A DNA stretch of 64,000 bases from a virus: the IMG/VR virus record IMGVR_UViG_3300035661_000010; one strand, written 5' to 3'. Positions 26,818-35,403 of the stretch are shown here, one piece after another (position 1 is the first letter of the stretch; every line of letters starts with the position of its first letter). Both the position numbers and the translations under genes were made by a program. The notes beneath the pieces were generated by a model. That model was not told the origin of the DNA. It did not search any database and worked only from the letters and a program-made list of their open reading frames with translations.

Positions 26818-27351
26818 GTGTCGGTCGTCCTTGGACTCGATTTGTCGCTCACGAGCGCCGGAGCAGTCATCCTGTCGCAAGCACTTGCGAAGCCGCTTTC
26901 GATGACGACCGGGTACGCGTTGCCGAAGAAAGGGATCAAGGGACAGAGGAAAGAGCCGCTACCGGAGCGCGCTCGTCTCGATCGTCTCATTCAGATCGCG
27001 ACGCATCTGGTCACGTTTGCGAAGGCGAACGGAGTGACCGCAGGCTTCGTCGAGAACTACGCATTCAATAGGCCGTACCAGGCCGCCCACTGCGGCGAGC
27101 TTGGAGGGGTCGTCAAGTGTCAGTTCTTTGTGAACCTCGGGATTGTGCTACAGCCAGTGACCGTGTCTTCGGCGCGCAAGTTCATGTGCGGGAAGATCCC
27201 TGCTTCAGCGAACAAGAAGACATGGGTGCAAAAGTTCCTGGCAAACAGGAACATCGAGTTCGATTCGCTGGACGAATCAGATGCGTACGTGATTGCTAAC
27301 TGGGGAATGAACGCGGTCGGGCTTCCGGCCATTTCTAGTGAGGAAGAATGA
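26818..27351 (+). CDS. ruvC: RuvC-like Holliday-junction resolvase
   Basis: VLGLDLSLTSAG, FVENYAF, ELGGVVK, DESDA. Confidence 0.85.
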   Translation: MSVVLGLDLSLTSAGAVILSQALAKPLSMTTGYALPKKGIKGQRKEPLPERARLDRLIQIATHLVTFAKANGVTAGFVENYAFNRPYQAAHCGELGGVVKCQFFVNLGIVLQPVTVSSARKFMCGKIPASANKKTWVQKFLANRNIEFDSLDESDAYVIANWGMNAVGLPAISSEEE

Positions 27352-27686
27352 GTCGAGGAGGCAGTATCGTCGCGACAACAGGCAATGTCGGAGACCCGAT
27401 CGTTTTCGGAAAGACGCCGAAGAACGAGGACTGTTGCTCGTTCATGCTGGCTCTCGAAGAGCGAAACCAGACGTTTCCGACGTGGGTGAAGGTCAACATC
27501 TACGACGCGGGCAACGTCACTATGTGTAGGGAGCGCCTACTCAAGGGGGCCAGCGTCACCGTGTACGGGAAACTTATGAACCGAAGACGTTCGAGCAACG
27601 AGCTCGCGGTCGAAGTGAAGGCGAGCGAGATCATCTTCAACGGCTCGACCGTCCGCAACAATGTGAATCAGGAGCAAGGTCGATGA
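27348..27686 (+). CDS. ssb: Short bacterial-type SSB (OB fold, no acidic tail)
   Basis: GNVGDP...F.LA...TWVKV...L.KGASVTVYGKL...EVKASEI. Confidence 0.75.
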   Translation: MSRGGSIVATTGNVGDPIVFGKTPKNEDCCSFMLALEERNQTFPTWVKVNIYDAGNVTMCRERLLKGASVTVYGKLMNRRRSSNELAVEVKASEIIFNGSTVRNNVNQEQGR

Positions 27687-28609
27687 CGACAGAAGACACC
27701 GCAGAGTTGAATGGTCAGAAGCTCGTGAAGAAGAACAAGCCCAAGAAGGACGAGAAGGCTGCCAAGGCAAAGAAGCCGAAGAAAGCAGACGACGCTGACC
27801 TCGAAGCCTCTGGCAAAGAGTCCGGAGAAGAGGAGGAGGTTCGTTCGATCATCCTGACGCCAGAAGAGAAGGAGAAACTCAGGTCCGAAGTTCGCTCCTA
27901 CAGCGACAAGATCGAGAACCACTACTTCGATCTTGCCGCTCTGGTGTACCAGGTATACGACTCGGCCTCGTACCTCGACTGGGAAGGCCCGATCCACGAC
28001 GACGAGACAGACAAGACCGAAGTCCGGAAGTACCTCACGTTCGCGGAGTACGTCGAGAACGAGCTTGGTATGGGTCAGCGCACCGCCGACTACTTCGTCT
28101 CGATGAGCCGGTTCTTCCTGATCGATATGCAGGACCACCCCGAGGTAACGACCAAGGTCAAGAAGCTCGGCTGGTCGAAGACCAAGGAGCTGGTCGGCGT
28201 CGTCAACGCGGAGAACGTCGATGAGTGGGTGGAGAAGGCCCAGAAGATGACGGTCTCCCAGCTCGCCGCAGCTTGTCGATCTGCCCTTCGTGGAGACGAT
28301 GACAAGGACGACAAGAACGACGTGAAGCGAAAGTCGTTCACGTTCGTGGACGATCAGATCGATGTCGTCGAGAACGCGCTCGATCACGCCAAGGAGACGT
28401 CCGGCAGCGACAAGGATGGGTTCGCCATGACGCTCATCTGCCAGGACTATCTGGCTGGCGCCGTTCGTCCGAAGGAAGGTTCGCAGCAGCTTGCGTACAT
28501 CAAGCGCATGGAGTCGATCTTGGGTGGCATCAAGCTCATCGCGGTCGATGCTGATGCCAAGAAGGTCGTGTACGGCAAGCGTACCTTCAGCAGCTTGAGC
28601 GAGGACTGA
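27683..28609 (+). CDS. Putative DNA-binding protein
   Basis: TFAEYVENELGMGQRTADY HTH-like block, LGWSK; Lys-rich N-terminus. Confidence 0.6.
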   Translation: MTTEDTAELNGQKLVKKNKPKKDEKAAKAKKPKKADDADLEASGKESGEEEEVRSIILTPEEKEKLRSEVRSYSDKIENHYFDLAALVYQVYDSASYLDWEGPIHDDETDKTEVRKYLTFAEYVENELGMGQRTADYFVSMSRFFLIDMQDHPEVTTKVKKLGWSKTKELVGVVNAENVDEWVEKAQKMTVSQLAAACRSALRGDDDKDDKNDVKRKSFTFVDDQIDVVENALDHAKETSGSDKDGFAMTLICQDYLAGAVRPKEGSQQLAYIKRMESILGGIKLIAVDADAKKVVYGKRTFSSLSED

Positions 28610-28611
28610 TA

Positions 28612-29718
28612 GTGGAGGCGAAAGCTGTTATCGGATGGGATCCGTCTGCGTTCGCGGTCATCGCATCGCGAATTCAGATGGCCCTTCAGACAGGACATGT
28701 GTCCCTCGGCGACAGTACGAAGCTGGTCGAGGGACTGTGGCCTGGTGAGGGTGGAGATAGGCATAGCGTCGTCGTCTCGAATGGGACCACGGCGCTGGAG
28801 CTTGTCTGGCACTTGTTCAGGCCAAGGGTCGTGATTGCTCCAGAGATGACAGTGCCGATGGTGCACTGGTCCGCAAAGAACAGCCCAAGCCGCCCAACCC
28901 TGATCAAGGTTGATGTCGACGACACCCTCTGCGCCGACATCACCAAGATCGATGAAGCGATCGAACTCGCGAAGCTGAATGGATCAGACCTCTCGGATGT
29001 GGCCGTGTGCTACGTCATGACCGCAGGACTCGTAAGTCCGGGACTGGCTGCCGCAGCCGTAAGGTGGCGCTCGCTCGGCGTCAAGGTCGTGCTCGACATG
29101 AGTCACGCGCACGGCGCCACGTACAACGGATACGCTCCGTACACGTGGGCTGACGCAGCTACTTGGTCCTTCTACGCTACGAAGGTGCTGACCAGTGGCG
29201 AAGGCGGCATTGCATGGTTCAGTGACCCTCAGCACGCGGAGGATGCGAAGATCGTCGCGAACCAAGGAAAGAAGCGCGGTACCGGCAAGTTCATGGTGGA
29301 AGGCCGAGGGTATCGGCTCAGCGAGTTCGCGGCAGCCGTCATGGCCTACGAAGTCACCATGGCCCGCACGGTCTACCAGAAGCGACAGAGTGTCGCGAAG
29401 TCGTACGAAGGTTTCGGGATTCCTGGGTTGCACCAGTTCGTCCCTCAGCTTCAGACCTCGTTCTACAAGTACGTGGTACCCGTCAGTGCCACCAAGTTCG
29501 CTCCAGATTCAGCCGATGCTGTGGAAGAGGCTTTCGCTTCTCTTGGTGTTCGCTGTACTGGTCGCGTTCATGGGTTCTCCGAAAACGGAGGCCGCCCATG
29601 GTCAATGCCCAGAGCAAAGTTCTGGGCTCAGAATCACGTCTGTCTCCCGGTGGGTCGTCTCATGCATCCGATGATGCTGGAGACGATCGAAGAAGCCTGG
29701 AAACAGATTCGCAAGTAA
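28612..29718 (+). CDS. DegT/DnrJ/EryC1/StrS PLP-dependent sugar aminotransferase
   Basis: VSNGTTAL, LDMSHAHGA, SFYATKVLTSGEGG with catalytic Lys, GYRLSEFAAA, CLP. Confidence 0.88.
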   Translation: MEAKAVIGWDPSAFAVIASRIQMALQTGHVSLGDSTKLVEGLWPGEGGDRHSVVVSNGTTALELVWHLFRPRVVIAPEMTVPMVHWSAKNSPSRPTLIKVDVDDTLCADITKIDEAIELAKLNGSDLSDVAVCYVMTAGLVSPGLAAAAVRWRSLGVKVVLDMSHAHGATYNGYAPYTWADAATWSFYATKVLTSGEGGIAWFSDPQHAEDAKIVANQGKKRGTGKFMVEGRGYRLSEFAAAVMAYEVTMARTVYQKRQSVAKSYEGFGIPGLHQFVPQLQTSFYKYVVPVSATKFAPDSADAVEEAFASLGVRCTGRVHGFSENGGRPWSMPRAKFWAQNHVCLPVGRLMHPMMLETIEEAWKQIRK

Positions 29719-29752
29719 ACGCTCCGGCATTCAAACAAGAAAGAGACAGGTC

Positions 29753-30733
29753 ATGGCGACAACGTATGTGAGCATCGACAAGATCGAGACGAAGCCCCAG
29801 GTCCGGACGGTTTGGGAGCAGTCTGCTCTCGAAGAGCTGTCCGCCAGCGTGAAGGAATACGGCATCCTGGAGCCCCTGGTCGTTCGCTCGAAGAGCGGCA
29901 AGGACTCTGGGTACATCCTGGAGATCGGACGCCGGCGCCTTGAAGCTGCCAAGATGGCCGGACTGAAGAAGGTCCCCGTCACGGTCACCAAGGAGCCGGT
30001 CGCGAACACGCCGGTCATCCAGCTCATCGAGAACCTCCAGCGCGAGGACATGAACGACATGGACCTCGCGAATGCGTTCAAGGGAGTCATGGAGACCCAG
30101 AGCCTCACGTTAGACCAGCTCGCCGAGAAGATCTCGAAGACGAAGGGCTTTGTGAAGCAGCGTCTCACGCTGACGAAGGCTGCCCCTGAGGTTCAGGAAG
30201 CCGTCCGTCGTGGCGACATCGAGTTCAGCGGAGCTCGCGCGTTGTGCGGTTTGCCGAAGGAGGAGCAGGCCAATGCACTCCAGGAAGCTGTCGCTGAGGA
30301 GGCGGAGGCGCGCAAGGATCGCGACGAGCGGAAGGCCAAGATGCTCGACCTCCCGGGCGTCGTTCGTGCAGAGTCGGGGGAGACCTCCGACGAGGAAGAG
30401 AAGGGAGAGGCGAAGGGTGAGGCGAATGCCGATTCCGAGGACAAGCAGCGCAAGCAGCGTGTGTCCAAGAAGAAGACGGAGCCGAAGGCGAAGACGTCCA
30501 CGGTCAAGCGCATCACGCGCCGCCGCAAACGCGACAAGGCCGGCGCCCAGACCACCGCACGTCCGGTCGCCGAGCGCCTGGAAGAGAAGACGAAGGAGTG
30601 GGTGGCTGGCTTCATCGACGAGGACACCAAGGGCAAGGGCCTCGACGAGCAGCTCAGCGCCCAGAGCGCCAGGAACCTGCTGAAGCGGTTCACGGCGTAC
30701 TTGCTCGAACAGCGCGCCCTCATGGTTCGCTGA
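29753..30733 (+). CDS. parB: ParB/Spo0J-like protein with HTH
   Basis: QVR...LEELSASVKEYGILEPLVV, GRRRLEAA, LIENLQREDM, LTLDQLAEKISKTKGFV. Confidence 0.88.
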   Translation: MATTYVSIDKIETKPQVRTVWEQSALEELSASVKEYGILEPLVVRSKSGKDSGYILEIGRRRLEAAKMAGLKKVPVTVTKEPVANTPVIQLIENLQREDMNDMDLANAFKGVMETQSLTLDQLAEKISKTKGFVKQRLTLTKAAPEVQEAVRRGDIEFSGARALCGLPKEEQANALQEAVAEEAEARKDRDERKAKMLDLPGVVRAESGETSDEEEKGEAKGEANADSEDKQRKQRVSKKKTEPKAKTSTVKRITRRRKRDKAGAQTTARPVAERLEEKTKEWVAGFIDEDTKGKGLDEQLSAQSARNLLKRFTAYLLEQRALMVR

Positions 30734-30739
30734 GGTTAC

Positions 30740-30765
30740 GTAGGGGGCCCATCAAGGCTCCCTAC
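30740..30765. promoter_or_regulatory. Inverted repeat immediately after parB
   Basis: GTAGGGGGCC-CATCAA-GGCTCCCTAC; no U-tract. Confidence 0.45.
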
Positions 30766-30817
30766 CACCCCACCCTCAGGAGCCAAAACGAGGCCACGGG
30801 AGGCTTCGGTAGCCATC

Positions 30818-31573
30818 ATGCACGGAGCCACCATGGGCATCCTCGTCAGCGTCCATCAGCCCCAAGTCTTCCATTCGATTCATCTGCTCAGTCGCATCAT
30901 CAGATCCAACGTTCACGTGGTCATGGATCTGGCCCAGATCAACCGAAAGGTGGGGATGGCCACCTACCTGCTAGGCAGACGCGACGAAGATCCGGATCGT
31001 TCGCCCATTTCCATGAAGGTGCCGGTAAGCGGCGGAAACAGGGTCTCCTGTCTTGAGGCGAAAATCGGCGTTGATGACGGATGGGTCGACAAGCATCTCG
31101 GAATGTTCGATCACTTGTACTCACGAGCGACGCACTACCAAAGCACGAGACGACAGCTGGCTCTTTGTCTGACCGAATGGAGAGGGGCCAGTTTCGCATC
31201 GTTCGGGACCATGTGCCTTCGGTTTGCCTTTGGAGCCATGGGTCTCGAAAACCCGCCGACAGTCTTCAAGGAAAGCAGCCTACGAATGCCTGTCGTCGGC
31301 GAAGATGGTACTGACCGCATCGCAGGTCTTGTGCAGACGGTCTACGGAACCGGGTACTACTGCGGAAGGCCAGAAGACAGGCCGTATCTGGACGAGGATC
31401 GCCTCCGAGCTCGCGGAATCAAGACTCACGCTCAAGACTTCGTTCCACCGCCGGATGGAAACCTATCTTGGGTCCATGTGCTCGCGAAAGAAGGCCGCCA
31501 AGGACTACAGGCTGCCTTGATTGCAGGTCCACGCGACAAAGCAACGGACAGGGTGCTGCACTTTGCGCCGTAA
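30818..31573 (+). CDS. WbqC-like protein
   Basis: VHQPQVF, MDLAQ, DRI..LV...GTGYYCG, YLD...RGI. Confidence 0.7.
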   Translation: MHGATMGILVSVHQPQVFHSIHLLSRIIRSNVHVVMDLAQINRKVGMATYLLGRRDEDPDRSPISMKVPVSGGNRVSCLEAKIGVDDGWVDKHLGMFDHLYSRATHYQSTRRQLALCLTEWRGASFASFGTMCLRFAFGAMGLENPPTVFKESSLRMPVVGEDGTDRIAGLVQTVYGTGYYCGRPEDRPYLDEDRLRARGIKTHAQDFVPPPDGNLSWVHVLAKEGRQGLQAALIAGPRDKATDRVLHFAP

Positions 31574-31584
31574 CTTCCTCAAGA

Positions 31585-31636
31585 CCTACGGCACCCTCTT
31601 GATAGAATCACTACTCCCACTTCCCACTCCCAACGG
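31585..31636 (+). promoter_or_regulatory. Repeated intergenic element, copy 1 (putative phage promoter, TAGAAT)
   Basis: 23/26 identical to 49916-49941, followed by a similar C-rich tract. Confidence 0.6.
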
Positions 31637-31653
31637 AGAGCAAGGTCATCGAC

Positions 31654-32814
31654 ATGAACGAGAAGCAGACTGGTTTCTTCGAAGCGCTGGGCGAAAAGCC
31701 ACCTGAGCCAAAGAAGGCGAAAGAAGAAAAGCGCACTCATCCGACCATCAGGTACGTAGAGGTAGAAGCGCAGACGTCGGCCGGGAAGTACAAGGTCGAC
31801 CTATTCGAAGGAGTGTGCTCCTGCTCGGCTCCAGTCGGGGAGGGGTGCTTCCACCTAAGGAAGGCCCGCGACGTCCATCTGAACAAGTGTGCCAAGACGC
31901 GGCACGAAGCCGTCAGTGCGATGCACAAGGAGATTCGACGCGGAGATGTTCAAGCCTCCCTGTACTGGGCGGACATCCTGTCAAGGCACTCCGACTACTA
32001 CGTAAAGCGGTACGTTCGTCAGATCGTGGGCGAGGAGACGAGGAACTGGAACCTGTACTGGATGGCCCTTCGTCCAGGCGAGCACTCGTACCGAGACATG
32101 GTCGGAGCGATCGCCAGCTCGAGGAAGAAGTGGGAACACAAGAACGTCTGCCGTCCGTTCAAGGAGCAGCTGAAGGCGTTCTGGGACCTCAACGAGAGCA
32201 ACTACGACTTCAAGCCCGGCGAGGAGCTGATCGAAGAAACGCGCGCCGCTCTGAAGCGTGACGACATGCCATTGATCTTCAAGCTCTTCGCGGCCATCGA
32301 ATGCAAGGAAGAAGACGAGACGACCTTGGCTTTCGAACATGTCCTGTGTGAAGAGGTTGAGCATCGGTTCGAAGACATGAAGAATCTCAAGTTCTTCATG
32401 GAGAAGTACCCGGGGTGGACGGGGCGCGACAATTGGGAGAATCGTCTCACCATGATCGAGATGCTCACCGGCGCATGGGACAAGACCATGAACGAGTTCA
32501 TCCACGATCCAGAAGGGGCCTACGAGTACGATGACGGTGCGCTTCTGAAGAAGTTCCCAGACTACGTTTACGACAAGCATCTGATTCAGGGGCAACGTCG
32601 CCTGGAGAAGTACTTCGACAAAATTGGTCCGATGAAACCTATGCCAGACAAGCTCGACATGCGCTGGTCAGGTCAATTTATGGGCGTCTCTTGGAGGTAT
32701 GCTGCGTACGTCCAGTTCGGCGACAACTACGTCAACGCCAGGTGGGAGGACGTGAAGTGGTCGAAGGAGTTCTGGGAGTACACGCTGTCCATGCAGAAGG
32801 CTTGTGAGGGGTAA
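31654..32814 (+). CDS. SWIM Zn-finger + MgsA/RarA C-terminal-like protein
   Basis: CSC......GCFH; SAMHKEIRRGD..ASLYW...IVGEE; PDYVYDKH; no Walker A. Confidence 0.6.
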   Translation: MNEKQTGFFEALGEKPPEPKKAKEEKRTHPTIRYVEVEAQTSAGKYKVDLFEGVCSCSAPVGEGCFHLRKARDVHLNKCAKTRHEAVSAMHKEIRRGDVQASLYWADILSRHSDYYVKRYVRQIVGEETRNWNLYWMALRPGEHSYRDMVGAIASSRKKWEHKNVCRPFKEQLKAFWDLNESNYDFKPGEELIEETRAALKRDDMPLIFKLFAAIECKEEDETTLAFEHVLCEEVEHRFEDMKNLKFFMEKYPGWTGRDNWENRLTMIEMLTGAWDKTMNEFIHDPEGAYEYDDGALLKKFPDYVYDKHLIQGQRRLEKYFDKIGPMKPMPDKLDMRWSGQFMGVSWRYAAYVQFGDNYVNARWEDVKWSKEFWEYTLSMQKACEG

Positions 32815-32817
32815 AGA

Positions 32818-33561
32818 ATGGAACGCGTTCACGGTCTTGTCATGGTGCAGCAGCCCCAGGTCTACCCGAAGTTGCACCGAATTCATCGGTGGCTTCGAGT
32901 AGAGCGATACGTCTGCATGGACGACGCGCAAGTTGATCGTCCTGGTGGTATGGCTCGCTTCAGCTTCGTGCACAACAACGAGCCGCATCGAATCTCGATT
33001 CCGATTACGGGCGGCAAGCGGGTCGCATGCAACCAGGCTAAGGTTTATCTGGACATCGGCCACATGCGAACGATCAAGGAGCACGTTCGAGTCACCCTCG
33101 GCAAGATGAAGTACGGTCAGGAGGTGAGCGAGTTCGTTGCCAAAACGCTAGACATGGCTCCACACTCGCTGTCGTTCGCCGAATGGACGGAAGCATGCAT
33201 GACGTATCTGACGATCTTGCTGTGCGAGCTGCCTGGATTCCAGGGGCCAGCCCGGTTCCTGGAGTCGAGGATTCCGTCCGTAAAGACGTCCGGTCCATCG
33301 AATCGGATCCTGAGCGTCGTGAAGCTTGTTGGGGGTACCGCGTACTACACAGGCAGTCGCGGCTCGCCCAGCCGTGACTACCTTGACGAGGTGACCTTCG
33401 CCGCTGAGGGGATCAAGATCCTGGAGCAGCAGTTTTACACGAACGACTTTCCAGTTGGTCTTGGCGACCGGACGTTTCTGGAGACCTGGGCAAGGTATGG
33501 TCTGACAGGAATGCTGGACATCCTGAATCGCGGAACGCTCGACAACAAGGAAGTCACCTGA
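32818..33561 (+). CDS. WbqC-like protein (second paralog)
   Basis: VQQPQVYP, MDDAQ, ISIP, NRILSVVKLVGGTAYYTG, DYLD..FAAEGI. Confidence 0.75.
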   Translation: MERVHGLVMVQQPQVYPKLHRIHRWLRVERYVCMDDAQVDRPGGMARFSFVHNNEPHRISIPITGGKRVACNQAKVYLDIGHMRTIKEHVRVTLGKMKYGQEVSEFVAKTLDMAPHSLSFAEWTEACMTYLTILLCELPGFQGPARFLESRIPSVKTSGPSNRILSVVKLVGGTAYYTGSRGSPSRDYLDEVTFAAEGIKILEQQFYTNDFPVGLGDRTFLETWARYGLTGMLDILNRGTLDNKEVT

Positions 33562-35141
33562 TGCAACGACGCGTTCTCCTTGTGCCGCAGCTCGGACTTT
33601 CTCGCGCTCGGAGCGATTCTTCCTATCAGTTCATGATGGATCTGATTCGCTCATCGAGAGAGATGGATCGGAAGTTCTTCTTCTACATGATCCTGCCAGA
33701 GTGGGCCCAGGACCCGTGGCCTGATGAGCCGAACCAGTTCACGATCACGGTGCCGATGAACAAGGACTTCTGGATGAACGAGATGATCGGCGTTCCGGCT
33801 GAGCCTCTCGCAGAAGCCTTTTGTCGTCGTGGCGGCAAGTACATCGTCGACATGCTCTACACGGAGATGGTTCGACCAAGCTGGTACATGGGGCAGGTGA
33901 TCAGTGACTATCGGTCGCGTCACAGTTTGCCAGTGTTCATCACTGATCCGATCACCATCGGCGGCTGGGTAAATCGAACATGGGAGCACCGGGTGGCGAA
34001 CGCATACTCGTACCTGCACGGGTACCCGCTTGCCACGTCGACGTTCGAGGAGAATGGCTACCGAGAGCTGGTCACTGACTTCTTCAGGCCCGCGTACATC
34101 GACAAGTTCAACCAGCGCATCCACCGGGTGCCGGTCGCGATCGACATCGCCTCGTACCAGAAGGTTAGAGACGAGGAACAAGGCAACAAGCACGAGAAGG
34201 TCTCGCTCTTCTGCGGCATGCGATTCAACGAAGACAAAGGCATCAAGTTCATCATGGATGTCTTCCGTACGCTCTACGCCAGCGGCCGTGACATCTACGT
34301 GTGCTCGACGACGGGGACCGATCAGATCAAGGGCACTCAGCAGATCCCGGACAAGGACATGTCGATGCTCAAGACGATGAAGTTCGGATGCCCTCGCGAC
34401 GAGTACGTTCAAGAAGCTGCCAGGTGCCACGTCTTCTTGTCCGCGTCGAAAGTCGAGTCGTTCGCGATGCATATCGTTGAGCAACTCACGCTCGGCCTCA
34501 TCGGAGTCCTGCCAAATGCTCAGTGGGTATGGGACTGGATCCCGAAGGAGTATCCGTTCGTCTACGAGCCTGGCGATCGCGTCGAGGCGTACACGATGAT
34601 CTCATGGGTCATGGATAACTACGAGCGGGCCTACGAGATGGCCCGACCGTTCATGGACTATGTCGCGAAGGCTTACGACTCGAAAGAATCCTCTAAAGCG
34701 ATCTTTGATGCGTTCAACCAGAGGATCGACGAGCGATTCGTTGACTACACGAAGAAGCCCCTGCGCTTCTCGAAAGGTGGCAAGTTCCGGTACCCGTTCC
34801 GCCTTGAGGTCTGTGACGCAGCAGATTCACTGGGCGAGAGCTTCTCGATGCCGCAGCTGCTCCAGGTGCTCAAGGCGCGGATGAAGGGCACAGACGTCGG
34901 CGTCTTCACCAAGCTCGGAGGACCGAGACTGGGCGTGCCTACGCTCTACGACATTCGGATGATGTTGGAGTCGTACGGTTGGACGGATGCGTGCGACGGA
35001 CCCAAGGTCAGGTTCGTGCGCGGGGACAACGTCATCGTTCCGAGCCACGCCTACGCAGATCAGATCGCTGCTGCCAAAGCAGGAAAGATTGCCCACGCCG
35101 CTGAAGCTGCTGCCGACGAAGAGGAGGATCTCGATGTATAA
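33561..35141 (+). CDS. GT-B fold glycosyltransferase (GT4-like)
   Basis: VPVAID, RFNEDKG, HVFLSASKVESFAMHIVE (E-x7-E), extra C-terminal domain. Confidence 0.8.
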   Translation: MQRRVLLVPQLGLSRARSDSSYQFMMDLIRSSREMDRKFFFYMILPEWAQDPWPDEPNQFTITVPMNKDFWMNEMIGVPAEPLAEAFCRRGGKYIVDMLYTEMVRPSWYMGQVISDYRSRHSLPVFITDPITIGGWVNRTWEHRVANAYSYLHGYPLATSTFEENGYRELVTDFFRPAYIDKFNQRIHRVPVAIDIASYQKVRDEEQGNKHEKVSLFCGMRFNEDKGIKFIMDVFRTLYASGRDIYVCSTTGTDQIKGTQQIPDKDMSMLKTMKFGCPRDEYVQEAARCHVFLSASKVESFAMHIVEQLTLGLIGVLPNAQWVWDWIPKEYPFVYEPGDRVEAYTMISWVMDNYERAYEMARPFMDYVAKAYDSKESSKAIFDAFNQRIDERFVDYTKKPLRFSKGGKFRYPFRLEVCDAADSLGESFSMPQLLQVLKARMKGTDVGVFTKLGGPRLGVPTLYDIRMMLESYGWTDACDGPKVRFVRGDNVIVPSHAYADQIAAAKAGKIAHAAEAAADEEEDLDV

Positions 35142-35403
35142 GCTCGGGGAGAGAAAGCTGACCAGTACGCAGTACGAGACGTTGAAAGCGATTGATCAGT
35201 ACATCAAGACGATGGGGCATGCGCCCACGCATCATGAGCTCGCCGAGGTCATGAGGCTTCCGAATGCGCGGGCCGTAGCGAATCGTATCGACGCGCTCGT
35301 CAACAAGGGTTACCTGGATCAGACGAAGTTTCAGCCACGAGGGATTCGACCCTCGAAGAAGGCAACGTCCGAGTATCCAGAGCTGGGAAGAATTGCATCA
35401 TGA
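35134..35403 (+). CDS. LexA-type DNA-binding domain protein (no peptidase domain)
   Basis: LTSTQYETLKAIDQYIKTMGHAPTHHELAEVM...AVANRIDALVNKGYL....PRGI. Confidence 0.8.
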   Translation: MYKLGERKLTSTQYETLKAIDQYIKTMGHAPTHHELAEVMRLPNARAVANRIDALVNKGYLDQTKFQPRGIRPSKKATSEYPELGRIAS

